Below are positions 26,261 through 35,546 of a DNA stretch of 48,295 nucleotides, piece by piece. The notes beneath the pieces are model-generated. The model had not been told where the DNA came from. It saw only the letters and a program-made list of their open reading frames with translations, and ran no database searches. The translations under genes and the position numbers were made by a program. The stretch is from an uncultured Pseudomonadales bacterium (GTDB lineage Bacteria > Patescibacteriota > Microgenomatia > UBA1400 > CG1-02-47-37): NCBI GenBank assembly GCA_964361885.1, contig CAYICL010000003.1, positions 1 to 48,295 on the forward strand. Reading direction: 5' to 3'. Position 1 is the first letter of the stretch, and the number at the start of each line of letters is the position of its first letter.

Positions 26261-27233
26261 AAAACATATTTCTTATTAGGCTTAAACCATAAACCCACAC
26301 CAAACTAAAACACATTACCGGATGCCAAAACCAGGCCCAATCCGGTTTTTTAAAAAACCCTCGTAAGGCCGTCCACACCGGCCCTGCCAAACTCAAGCTG
26401 TAAATTACCAAAAATCCCAGCCTCAATCCGTCCTGATAATTTCTCACCCATTTGTACCGCCTCATCTTCATCTGCCGTAAATACAGCTGATTCATATAAT
26501 GAAACCGTTTCTTAATAAAAGGCCAAAACTTCTCGCCGGTATCATGAATAATTTTATTTTTAACTACAACAAACTGGTTCATTCCTAAACTTACCAGATC
26601 ATAAAATACGTCAATATGGGAAAAATATTTTCCCCCCACTTGCGCTTTTACCAGCTTTTTCCGCCACACCAGCACGCCGTTATCCCCTAATGTCGGCATA
26701 TTATTGAGATTAAATTTCACTAAAAAATACTTATTTCTGTCTATCGCTTCACCGCTTAATTGCCACCGACTGGAACCGTAACCTTGCCTATCGGCTTTTC
26801 CTAGCCACCAAGCGACCGGATCATTCACCCCCATTAAGCTAAAATACCGGTTTAAACTCGTATCCTCTTGGCTGTAAGCATATTGCCAGGGATAAGCAGC
26901 AATGGCTGACGGCTCTTTCAACAAACTGTTCACCATGGTTTTTAACCATTGCTTATCGGGTAAAATATTGTCACTGGCCATTAACAACACTAATTCACCC
27001 TTAGCTTGCTTCAAAGCTATGGCTTTGGCTGTTTCCGGACTGCCTGATCTTTCCGGAATTACTTTACCTTTATATTGGCTGATTACCTGTCTGGTGCCGT
27101 CAATTGAGCCACCGTCAGCTGCCAATATTTCTATCTTTCCCTGGTCATAATCCTGATCCCGGATGCTTTGTAAACAGGCCCTGATCGTCCTGAAACTGTT
27201 AAAGGTAGGCATGACTATACTGATAGATTTCAT
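26247..27233 (-). CDS. Family 2 glycosyltransferase
   Basis: ISIVMPTFNSFRTIRACLQSIRDQDY...AADGGSIDGT...LMASDN. Confidence 0.8.
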   Translation of the reverse strand: MKSISIVMPTFNSFRTIRACLQSIRDQDYDQGKIEILAADGGSIDGTRQVISQYKGKVIPERSGSPETAKAIALKQAKGELVLLMASDNILPDKQWLKTMVNSLLKEPSAIAAYPWQYAYSQEDTSLNRYFSLMGVNDPVAWWLGKADRQGYGSSRWQLSGEAIDRNKYFLVKFNLNNMPTLGDNGVLVWRKKLVKAQVGGKYFSHIDVFYDLVSLGMNQFVVVKNKIIHDTGEKFWPFIKKRFHYMNQLYLRQMKMRRYKWVRNYQDGLRLGFLVIYSLSLAGPVWTALRGFFKKPDWAWFWHPVMCFSLVWVYGLSLIRNMFYEKK

Positions 27234-27239
27234 ATTGTT

Positions 27240-28148
27240 TTATTTTGGCGACCAGACGATTACCGAGTAACCGTCGATAAATAAACTGCCGATATAAGTT
27301 CTTTGCGCCCGGTGAATAATAATTTTACCCTGTTTCTCCAGTTGTTTTAAATAAATCAGGTAACCAGCTACATAATTTCTTTTTTTAGCATACTCTATCG
27401 ATAAATAATCCAATAAATTATCTTTGTCCAGCAACTCATTAATCGGCTCAATATTCACGCAAAGTTTAATTTTATTTTTCAGCCAATATTGGACTATTGG
27501 TTTAAACCTTTTTCCCAATTGTTCCACAGCAGCCACGGTTAAAACATTGCTGTTGGGCCTTAATTTAAACTGTTTATTTGGTTTAAATAAATCAAATCCT
27601 GCTACTTTAAAACCCAGCTTTCTAATAATTTTTTGCGAACTCCTGGCCCAGTCCAATCCCCAAATTTCGGCCCCCTGATTAACCTCCCGAGCCCGTAACA
27701 AATTATGGCCGGTGCCGCAGCCGAATTCATAAATTATCGCGGCTGATTTAAAATATTTTTCCAACAGCCAATAGGTAATCAAAGCCAAACTGTGATATTC
27801 AAAGTTTTTACTTAAAGGTTTAATAAAATCTTGTTTGAAACGAATCATCGGATGCTTGCCGAAATAATGCGGGATCACTGCTTCAACCGGTTTTTTTGTC
27901 CTTAAATCAACTAAATTTTCTTTCCAGCCTTTCTCCCATCTTTTCAATCTCTGTGGTCCGGCTCGAGGTAAATCTGTTTCTAATATCTCTCTAATAACAG
28001 CCAATAAATATTGTTCTTTTTCTGTCTCACTTATCGGTCGGTAAATTAAACCCAGCTGATAAATTTTTCTTTGCAACCACAGACTTAACTTTTCCTGAAA
28101 CACTTCAGTAAAATCTTTAGTTTTTAACCTCATAACTGTTTTCGCCAA
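27240..28148 (-). CDS. Class I SAM-dependent methyltransferase
   Basis: IIYEFGCGTGHNLL motif I and IWGLDW. Confidence 0.65.
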   Translation of the reverse strand: MAKTVMRLKTKDFTEVFQEKLSLWLQRKIYQLGLIYRPISETEKEQYLLAVIREILETDLPRAGPQRLKRWEKGWKENLVDLRTKKPVEAVIPHYFGKHPMIRFKQDFIKPLSKNFEYHSLALITYWLLEKYFKSAAIIYEFGCGTGHNLLRAREVNQGAEIWGLDWARSSQKIIRKLGFKVAGFDLFKPNKQFKLRPNSNVLTVAAVEQLGKRFKPIVQYWLKNKIKLCVNIEPINELLDKDNLLDYLSIEYAKKRNYVAGYLIYLKQLEKQGKIIIHRAQRTYIGSLFIDGYSVIVWSPK

Positions 28149-29113
28149 TTAATTGTCCGCTTCAAACCTTCATCAAGAGAAACAAACTTGGTTTTTGAAA
28201 ACTCCTTTTTAATTTTAGTTAAATCCATCCTTACCTCCTGAGGCGCTCCTGACACTGCCGCCGACTTTTTAGGCATTACCACCTCTGCTTTTAACTCTTT
28301 GCCAATCTTTTTAGCCAAACCAGCTATGCTGATCCGCGACTCGCCGCCGACATTATAAATCATCTCTCTGCCCCTTAATAAAATCTGCCACATTGCTTCT
28401 ATGGCATCAGTCACATAACCATAGGTTCTTTTAGCCCTGCCTTGATCCAATAAACGAATTTCTCCTTTTAAACCTTTGGCAATCAATTGATTCAAAACCC
28501 GTTTGTCATTTCTTCTTGTTCCCGGACCATAAACCAGCGATAATCTGACTATTTTTGCCTTTATCCCTTTTTGGTTAAAAGCATAACAAATAGCTTCACC
28601 GCCCCGCTTAGCCTCAATATAGCAAGCCCGAATATGGTCAGTATTAGTCGTCCCGATTTGATTCTCTTTAAATGGCGGATGGGTTAAACCGCTATACACC
28701 TCACTGGAGCTAATAAATAAAAACTTGCCTTTAGGTTTAAGTTTGTCAAACAATAAAAAAGTGGTTAAAGTATTCAGTTTCAGGGTTTTCACCGGCTCAG
28801 CCAAAAACCGTCCCGGCTGGCCATAGCCGGCCGCATGAATAATAAAATCTGCCTTAGGCAATGATTGGCAAAAATTTATTTTAGTCAAATCTCCCCTCAT
28901 TATTTTAACGCCTTCAAAATCAGCCAGTTTTAACCAATAGGCCTTGGGCCTAGACTGAATTATCGCGACTACCTTCACGCCTTTTATTTGTCTTAAACAC
29001 GCCAGAAAATATGTTCCTATCAATCCGGAAGCGCCGGCGATCATCACTGTCTTGCCTCTTAATCGGCTTAAATTAACTTGGCTTACAATTTGTTTCGAAT
29101 CCTGTTCAATCAT
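28130..29113 (-). CDS. NAD-dependent sugar epimerase/dehydratase (extended SDR)
   Basis: VMIAGASGLIGTY (GxxGxxG), SSSEVYS and YIEAKRGGE (YxxxK). Confidence 0.8.
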   Translation of the reverse strand: MIEQDSKQIVSQVNLSRLRGKTVMIAGASGLIGTYFLACLRQIKGVKVVAIIQSRPKAYWLKLADFEGVKIMRGDLTKINFCQSLPKADFIIHAAGYGQPGRFLAEPVKTLKLNTLTTFLLFDKLKPKGKFLFISSSEVYSGLTHPPFKENQIGTTNTDHIRACYIEAKRGGEAICYAFNQKGIKAKIVRLSLVYGPGTRRNDKRVLNQLIAKGLKGEIRLLDQGRAKRTYGYVTDAIEAMWQILLRGREMIYNVGGESRISIAGLAKKIGKELKAEVVMPKKSAAVSGAPQEVRMDLTKIKKEFSKTKFVSLDEGLKRTINWRKQL

Positions 29114-29987
29114 TAATTAATCTCCTCAATCGTCGATTAATATTTTCCGCTGTCAAACCCAATTTTTTATCCTGTTGATCTCTGGTTCCGTAATCAGTGA
29201 TAAACTGACGGGGCACTCCCAGATCGTCAATGCTAATCGGTTTGGGGAAAAACGTCCTGGTTATTTCTGCTGTCAACCCGCCTTCATAATAAGGTTCACA
29301 TATCATAATCTTATTAGATAAAGTCTGCTGCTTCAAAGTCTTGGCATCAAAGGGCGCCACTGTCGTGTAATAAAGAACCGATACATCTAGCCCCTGACTG
29401 GCTTCCAACACCCAATCCAACATTGGACCTACCGCCAACACAGTGGCTTTTTTACCCTTCTTAATTACTTTAGCTTTGCCAAAATTAACCTCAACATTTT
29501 TCCGATTACTTCTTTCACTTAAACGAAAATAGCTTGGCCGGCCGTCAGCATAGCCTTGTTTAAACAGCCTATCAAACTCCAGGGGGGTTCCCGGAATCAC
29601 GATTTCCATTCCCGGAATCTGTTTAAGTATGCCGATATCTGCCGGGCAATGATGAGTACAGCCTAAACCCATGTAATCGTAAGAACCGCCGACCGAGATA
29701 AAATTACCTCCTAATTTTTGATAGCCAAAATCAATCTTTAACTGCTCCAAGGCCCGCTCCGCTATAAACGGGGCAATCGTATAAAACACCGGAATTAAAC
29801 CGGTTTTAGCCAAACCGGCGGCCAAACTGACGGTGGCCTGCTCTAAGATGCCGATGTTAAAAACCCTGTCCGGATAATCTTTAAATGCCTGCCTGAACCC
29901 CCAGACTCCGATATCTCCCAAAAGCAGCACCAAGCGCTTGTCTTTGGCTAAAATTTTTTCAATTGTCGTGACTAACTGTTGCCTCAT
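29106..29987 (-). CDS. Transketolase, C-terminal (pyrimidine-binding) subunit
   Basis: LLLGDIGVWGF...GILEQATVSLAAGLAKTG...THHCPADIGILKQIPGMEIV. Confidence 0.75.
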   Translation of the reverse strand: MRQQLVTTIEKILAKDKRLVLLLGDIGVWGFRQAFKDYPDRVFNIGILEQATVSLAAGLAKTGLIPVFYTIAPFIAERALEQLKIDFGYQKLGGNFISVGGSYDYMGLGCTHHCPADIGILKQIPGMEIVIPGTPLEFDRLFKQGYADGRPSYFRLSERSNRKNVEVNFGKAKVIKKGKKATVLAVGPMLDWVLEASQGLDVSVLYYTTVAPFDAKTLKQQTLSNKIMICEPYYEGGLTAEITRTFFPKPISIDDLGVPRQFITDYGTRDQQDKKLGLTAENINRRLRRLIND

Positions 29988-29988
29988 G

Positions 29989-31023
29989 TTAAAAAATTTT
30001 CGTCTTTAATCTATCTCCATAATAACAAATTAAGGTAAAATATTTATTAGCATAAAACCGATCCATCGCTTTTAACCGCCCCTGGGGCAATTCCCGGAAA
30101 TTAATTATTGTTTGCGGCTTTCTTTCTCCCTTAATCATGGCTAAAACCAACTGCCAGAACCTTTTGGCCGAATAGTCATGACTGCATGTCTGCCAGCCGT
30201 TTCTGGCAACTGCTTCTCTTTCCCTATCATGAACCAAATAGTATCTGATTTTTTCCAGCAAATCTTTTTTAGAAAAAAATGGCACATAATCAACTCCGGG
30301 AATAAATAACTTCGCCGTCTCCGGGCCGGCCTCTTCCAGTAGCATTGCCCCACAACCGGTAATCTCAAAACTCCTGGCTGGCATCACCGGCAACCAACCG
30401 GACCGGCTAAAATTTAAGCTTATTTTTGATCTTTGTAAAATCCCGGCATACTGCTTTACCGTTAAATGATCAGCCCTTTCCCCGCCTCCGGTGAACACTT
30501 TAACTCCCTTAGCTTTTAGATAGTTAATCATTTTGACTCTCTCCGGCTTTAATGAGCCGACAAAACTCACCTTTATGTCTCTTTTAATCTTTGGGTTAAA
30601 AAAAACTGCTCTATCCTTAGGTACCCAAAAATAAACATAAGGTTTATTGGTTTTAATCCCGTGTAAGGCAACGCTGGTAGCAGTATAAATATAAAAATCC
30701 ATTATGGAGACGAATTTTTGAGATAGTTTCACCTGTTCCGGTGATTGCAAATCTCCCCAAATCGAAAAAATCGACAACTTGAATTGCTGTTTCAAACTGG
30801 TTAAAGTCTGCCATTTAGGCAAGTGATCACTGCTTCCCGGCAATCCGTCCAGCACCAAACAAACAGCATTTGGTCTAAATTTTTGACACACTCGCAATAA
30901 TCCCTGATCCGCTCCCTGTCCGTAGCACCTAACATAATCATCAAAATGAAACGTATCTACTTGAGCTAAATTGGTTGTTTTTAATGACTGCCATAAATTG
31001 GTTTCCCACTCGGAAATCCCCAA
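29989..31023 (-). CDS. CgeB-like glycosyltransferase family protein
   Basis: ISLNFSRS...PARSFEITGCGAMLLEE...VPFFSKKDLLEKIRYYLVHDREREAVARNG. It is a paralogue-like match to 24974-26260. Confidence 0.6.
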   Translation of the reverse strand: MGISEWETNLWQSLKTTNLAQVDTFHFDDYVRCYGQGADQGLLRVCQKFRPNAVCLVLDGLPGSSDHLPKWQTLTSLKQQFKLSIFSIWGDLQSPEQVKLSQKFVSIMDFYIYTATSVALHGIKTNKPYVYFWVPKDRAVFFNPKIKRDIKVSFVGSLKPERVKMINYLKAKGVKVFTGGGERADHLTVKQYAGILQRSKISLNFSRSGWLPVMPARSFEITGCGAMLLEEAGPETAKLFIPGVDYVPFFSKKDLLEKIRYYLVHDREREAVARNGWQTCSHDYSAKRFWQLVLAMIKGERKPQTIINFRELPQGRLKAMDRFYANKYFTLICYYGDRLKTKIF

Positions 31024-31067
31024 TGCCGGATTAGCTTCGCACCATTTATTTAAGACAAATAATATTT

Positions 31068-31808
31068 TCAGCTTAACTCCTTTAACATTAACTTCATTTC
31101 TTGCCGGTTTGGTGCCCGATGATGCCAGGCAGGATTGTTTTCCATCTCTTTGACTCCATAACCTTTAATGGTTTCTGCTATTATCGCCAATGGTTTATTA
31201 GACTGCTTTTTCAATGCTTTATATATCTCCTGATGATTATGACCATTAATTTTTTTTACTTCCCAACCGAAACTTTTGAATTTTTTCCCTAAATTCCCTA
31301 AAGCTAAAGCTCGGTCAGTGGAATGATTATAGTCCACCACGCAAACCAAATTATTTAAGCGGTGATGCGCTCCCAGCATTACCGCCTCCCAGATTGAACC
31401 TTCGTTAGCTTCGCCGTCGCCAATCAAGCAATAAACTTTATTTGGCTTTTTCTGAATCTTTAAACCCAAAGCCATGCCCACAGCCATGGGTAAGCCATGC
31501 CCCAGTGACCCTGTCGAAGCTTCCACTCCGGGGATTTGATTGCAATCAGGGTGACCGCCTAAATGACTTTTAAACGAGGCAAAATCATGAAGCCAGGTTT
31601 TAGGAAAAAGTCCTTTTTCCGCCAATACTGCATATAATCCTAAACTGGCATGACCTTTGCTTAAAACAAAATAATCTTTTTTTAACACCCGATCGTATAA
31701 CACCCACAAAATATCTAAAACAGAAAAAGCGCTGGCCACATGCCCTTCCTGTGCTTGGTAAGCCGCCCGGATAATCTCTTTTTTTAACCGATTAATAATT
31801 TTTGTCAT
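31068..31808 (-). CDS. Transketolase, N-terminal (thiamine-diphosphate-binding) subunit
   Basis: GHVASAFS...SKGHASLGLYAVLAEKG...GSLGHGLP...IGDGEANEGSIWEA. Confidence 0.8.
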   Translation of the reverse strand: MTKIINRLKKEIIRAAYQAQEGHVASAFSVLDILWVLYDRVLKKDYFVLSKGHASLGLYAVLAEKGLFPKTWLHDFASFKSHLGGHPDCNQIPGVEASTGSLGHGLPMAVGMALGLKIQKKPNKVYCLIGDGEANEGSIWEAVMLGAHHRLNNLVCVVDYNHSTDRALALGNLGKKFKSFGWEVKKINGHNHQEIYKALKKQSNKPLAIIAETIKGYGVKEMENNPAWHHRAPNRQEMKLMLKELS

Positions 31809-32359
31809 AACTTAGTTATCATACACTGGGATCCGGGCATTTTAATTAATGTTTCCTGTTTATTCTGAAAATATTCATCAAAAGCCTTAGCCACTCCTTT
31901 AGCAGGACCAAAATAATCATGAGAAACAATCACTCCTCCGCGATTCATTCGCGGGTAAAAAAATTCTAAACAGTCTTTAGTGCTTTTGTATGTATCAGCA
32001 TCTAAATGAACCAAAGAAAATTTTCTATTTTTTACACAATCGGCAGTCTTTGGAAACACCCCTTTATAATAATAAACGTTTTTATATTTTTTTAAATATT
32101 CCTTCACTTCAAAAAAAGATGCCGAATATAATCCTTTATATAAAAAACCCGGGTCTATCCGGTGATCAACTGACGGCAACCCTTTAAAAGTGTCAAACAA
32201 GTGAAGCGGCCTTGCGCCTTTTGCTAAACAAATTATTTTTGCCGACCTTCCTTTATATACACCGACTTCTGCTAAATCGCCTTTGATTTTCCCAATTGCT
32301 TTTACCAATAAAAACAAACGACAGGCTTCGCCAAATCCTAATAAACAATTTTTTCTCAT
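31805..32359 (-). CDS. TylF/MycF-like SAM-dependent O-methyltransferase
   Basis: GDLAEVGVYKGRSAK...VHLDADTYKSTKDCLEFFYPRMNRGGVIVSHDY. Confidence 0.65.
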   Translation of the reverse strand: MRKNCLLGFGEACRLFLLVKAIGKIKGDLAEVGVYKGRSAKIICLAKGARPLHLFDTFKGLPSVDHRIDPGFLYKGLYSASFFEVKEYLKKYKNVYYYKGVFPKTADCVKNRKFSLVHLDADTYKSTKDCLEFFYPRMNRGGVIVSHDYFGPAKGVAKAFDEYFQNKQETLIKMPGSQCMITKL

Positions 32360-33126
32360 GACCTTTTCTCTTTATACTTTTTTATAATAGTCCCTGCATT
32401 CCCAACAGCTTTTATCCTGCCTTTTTCCAATACCATCACTCTCTGGCAGTATTTTTTGATTAAATTTAAGTTATGGCTCACGATTATAATCGTCTTCCCT
32501 TGTAATCTCATCTGTCTCAATAATTCAAACACCTGCTCCTGAAACTGTCTGTCCACCACTGATAAAACTTCATCAATCACTAAAATATCAAAATCCACCT
32601 GCAGGGCCACTGCCAACCCTAAACGGATAAACATGCCGCTGGAATAATACTTGGCCGGAGTGTCGATAAACTGGCTAATCCCGGAAAACTCCACCATCTG
32701 ATTAAACTTCTGCCTGATTTCCCTGCGTTTCATTCCCAAAATCACTCCGTTTAAAAAAATATTTTCCCTGCCGGTTAATTCCGAATTAAAACCCGCCCCC
32801 AGCTCCAACAATGAACTTAATTTTCCCCGGATTAAAATTTCTCCACTGGTTGGATCGGTAATCCGGGACAACAGTTTTAAGATCGTGGACTTGCCGGCAC
32901 CGTTCGGGCCGATAATGCCGAAAATCTCCCCTTTTTTAACCTGAAAATTTATCCCCTTAAGCGCCCAAAAACTTTTCTTCAGCCGGCTGTTAAATATTAA
33001 ATTAACTATCGAATCGCGCAAAGTCAGATAAGACTCTTTTTCGCCGATTTTGTATCGCTTGCCTAAATTGGTTACTTTAATCGCTAAATTCCGATTCATC
33101 TTAATCATATTAAAGTTTATCGGCAA
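32356..33126 (-). CDS. ABC transporter ATP-binding protein, polysaccharide/teichoic-acid export type (Wzt/TagH-like)
   Basis: Walker A GIIGPNGAGKST, signature-like YSSGMFIRL, Walker B ILVIDEV. Confidence 0.85.
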   Translation of the reverse strand: MPINFNMIKMNRNLAIKVTNLGKRYKIGEKESYLTLRDSIVNLIFNSRLKKSFWALKGINFQVKKGEIFGIIGPNGAGKSTILKLLSRITDPTSGEILIRGKLSSLLELGAGFNSELTGRENIFLNGVILGMKRREIRQKFNQMVEFSGISQFIDTPAKYYSSGMFIRLGLAVALQVDFDILVIDEVLSVVDRQFQEQVFELLRQMRLQGKTIIIVSHNLNLIKKYCQRVMVLEKGRIKAVGNAGTIIKKYKEKRS

Positions 33127-33925
33127 AATACCGCTCCACTGATTTAAAATAAATTAAGCCGGTCCCAAATATCAGGCAGCTCGCGCCCACACTATAAACC
33201 ACTAATCCCCAATCAATCGCTGACCCTAAAATCAGATTTCTGTGTAACTCAATCAAACCACTCATCGGGTTAAGTTTTAATATAAATCTATATTTCCCGA
33301 CCGTGCTTAACGGATAAATTACCGGTGTTATAAAAATCATCAGCTGGATAAAAAACGGCAAAGCGTAGCGGATATCCCGGTACTTAATATTCAAACTGGA
33401 CAGCCACAAACCAATGCCAGAAGCCAAAATCCAGGTCAAACCCCACACCAACGGCAGCAATATCCAAGTTAATCTTATCGCTAGCTGATAATAAATTGCC
33501 AGTCCGAAAATTACCAAGCCGGCAATTAAATAATCCAAACCCGGCGTTAATGTGCTGGTGAGTGGAATAAATACCCGTGGCAGATAAATCTTGCTGATCA
33601 GATAAACATTATCAATCATGCTGGTGCTGGCACCGCTGATGGCAGACGTAAAATAGGTCCACAAAATTAAACCTGAATAAGCAAAGACAGGGTAAGGCGT
33701 GTCTCCGGCCAAAACCCCGCTTATGCGGCTGAAAAAAATTGTAAACACAATCATGGTGAAAAGCGGCTGGATTATTGCCCATAATCCGCCGATTACCGTC
33801 TGCTTATACCTCACCTTAATATCCCGCTCAATCAATATCCATAGCAACTCTCGATACTCCCACAACTCTTTAAAATTAACTACTCCTAAACCTTTCGTTG
33901 GTTTAATTCGGGTAATCTTATCCAT
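33110..33925 (-). CDS. ABC-2 type transporter permease (Wzm/TagG-like)
   Basis: Six predicted TM segments and the N-terminal ELWEYRELLWILIERDIKVRYKQTVIGGLWAI motif typical of ABC-2 polysaccharide exporters. Confidence 0.8.
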   Translation of the reverse strand: MDKITRIKPTKGLGVVNFKELWEYRELLWILIERDIKVRYKQTVIGGLWAIIQPLFTMIVFTIFFSRISGVLAGDTPYPVFAYSGLILWTYFTSAISGASTSMIDNVYLISKIYLPRVFIPLTSTLTPGLDYLIAGLVIFGLAIYYQLAIRLTWILLPLVWGLTWILASGIGLWLSSLNIKYRDIRYALPFFIQLMIFITPVIYPLSTVGKYRFILKLNPMSGLIELHRNLILGSAIDWGLVVYSVGASCLIFGTGLIYFKSVERYFADKL

Positions 33926-33948
33926 AATAGTATATTATTATACTTTAG

Positions 33949-34683
33949 ATGTCTCAAAATAAACTAATCTCTGTTATTATTCCTTGTTTCCAGCAGGCAG
34001 CTACGATTGTCAAAGACCTGAAACGGATTCAATCGGTCTTAAGCCGGATTCGTTACCCTTTTGAAATGATCGTCGTGGTTGACGGCCGGCTCGATCGAAC
34101 TTTTCAAAAAGCCAAAACCCTTAGTTCTCCTCAACTCAAAGTCTATCTTATCAAAACTCACCAGGGTAAAGGTTATACTGTTCGCTTTGGTATGAGCAAA
34201 GCCAAAGGCGATTACATTGCTTTTTTAGATGCCGGCATGGAAATCGACCCTAACGGCATTTCCATGCTGCTTGAACATTTGGAGTGGTATAACGCCGATA
34301 TTATTGTCGGCTCTAAACGCCACCTGGCTTCAGTAGTCCGATATCCTTGGGACAGAAAAATTTTAAGCCTCGGCTATTATTGGCTTGTCCGGCTGCTTTT
34401 TGGCGTAAAAATCAAAGACACCCAACCGGGCATTAAAATCTTTAAGCGCCGGGTCTTGGAAAAAATCCTGCCTAAACTGGTGGTGAAAAACTATGCCTTT
34501 GATATTGAAATGCTGTCCGTGGCCCGCCGGAAAGGCTTCAAGCGCATTTACGAAGCCCCGATCAAACTTAAATACCGGTTCGGCTCAGTCACTAATGCCG
34601 CAACGTTAAACACCATCTGGCACATGCTTTATGACACCATCGCCGTCTTCTACCGCCTTAAAATTCTTAAATATTACGATTAA
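33949..34683 (+). CDS. Family 2 glycosyltransferase (polyprenol-phosphate glycosyltransferase-like)
   Basis: ISVIIPCFQQAATIVKDL...VVVDGRLDRT...FLDAGMEID...FDIEML. Confidence 0.75.
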   Translation: MSQNKLISVIIPCFQQAATIVKDLKRIQSVLSRIRYPFEMIVVVDGRLDRTFQKAKTLSSPQLKVYLIKTHQGKGYTVRFGMSKAKGDYIAFLDAGMEIDPNGISMLLEHLEWYNADIIVGSKRHLASVVRYPWDRKILSLGYYWLVRLLFGVKIKDTQPGIKIFKRRVLEKILPKLVVKNYAFDIEMLSVARRKGFKRIYEAPIKLKYRFGSVTNAATLNTIWHMLYDTIAVFYRLKILKYYD

Positions 34684-35546
34684 TGAAGTTCTCCGTTATC
34701 ATCCCTTGTAAAACTAAGGCCGACCTCTGCCCCGAACTGATTCCGGCTTTAAAATCTCAAACTTTCAAAGACTTTGAAACTATCATTGTTATTGACCGTC
34801 TTTGCGCAGGCTTGCCGGCTGCAAAACGCGATTGGGGGGCAAACCGCAGTCATGGCCAAATTTTGGCTTTTATTGACTCTGATGCCTACCCTGACCAACA
34901 CTGGCTGGAAAACGCCAATGCTCACTTTAAATCTCCTGTTACCGCGGCTGTTTGCGGTCCTGGCCTAACTCCTCCCACTGACTCTCAAACCCAACAGCTT
35001 TCCGGTTTAGTTTGGTCGACCTGGCTCGGTGCCGGCGGCGCCGGTACTTTTAGAAACCTAAAAGCTAAACCCCGTCTGGTTGATGACTATCCCAGTTTTA
35101 ACCTTCTGGTTTTAAAAAAAGACTTTAACCAAGTTAACGGTTTTAACACCCGTTACTGGCCCGGCGAAGACACCAAGCTCTGCCATGACTTAGTCTATAT
35201 CTTAAAAAAACAAATTCTTTATCATCCCCAAATCATGGTTTATCACCACCGCCGGCCGGTTTTTATCTCTCATCTTAAACAAATCTCCGCTTACGGTCTT
35301 CACCGCGGGTTTTTTGTTAAAATCCTACCCAAAACTTCTTTAAAACCCGGCTATTTTATTCCCCTGCTTTTTCTCTTTGGTTTAATCATCTTGCCTTCTT
35401 TAACTCTTCCTCCTTACCTGCTTCTCCTTATCATTACCGGCCTGATTCACCGCTCTTTACTTTTAATCCCGGCTATCTTTCTGACTCACCTGACTTACGC
35501 CGTGATGTTTTTAAAAGGCTTACTCACTCCCTACCTCAAAAACTAA
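34683..35546 (+). CDS. Family 2 glycosyltransferase with C-terminal TM segments
   Basis: MKFSVIIPCKTKADLCPELIPALKSQTF...FIDSDAYP...GEDTKLC. Its stop codon abuts the left REP copy. Confidence 0.7.
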   Translation: MKFSVIIPCKTKADLCPELIPALKSQTFKDFETIIVIDRLCAGLPAAKRDWGANRSHGQILAFIDSDAYPDQHWLENANAHFKSPVTAAVCGPGLTPPTDSQTQQLSGLVWSTWLGAGGAGTFRNLKAKPRLVDDYPSFNLLVLKKDFNQVNGFNTRYWPGEDTKLCHDLVYILKKQILYHPQIMVYHHRRPVFISHLKQISAYGLHRGFFVKILPKTSLKPGYFIPLLFLFGLIILPSLTLPPYLLLLIITGLIHRSLLLIPAIFLTHLTYAVMFLKGLLTPYLKN

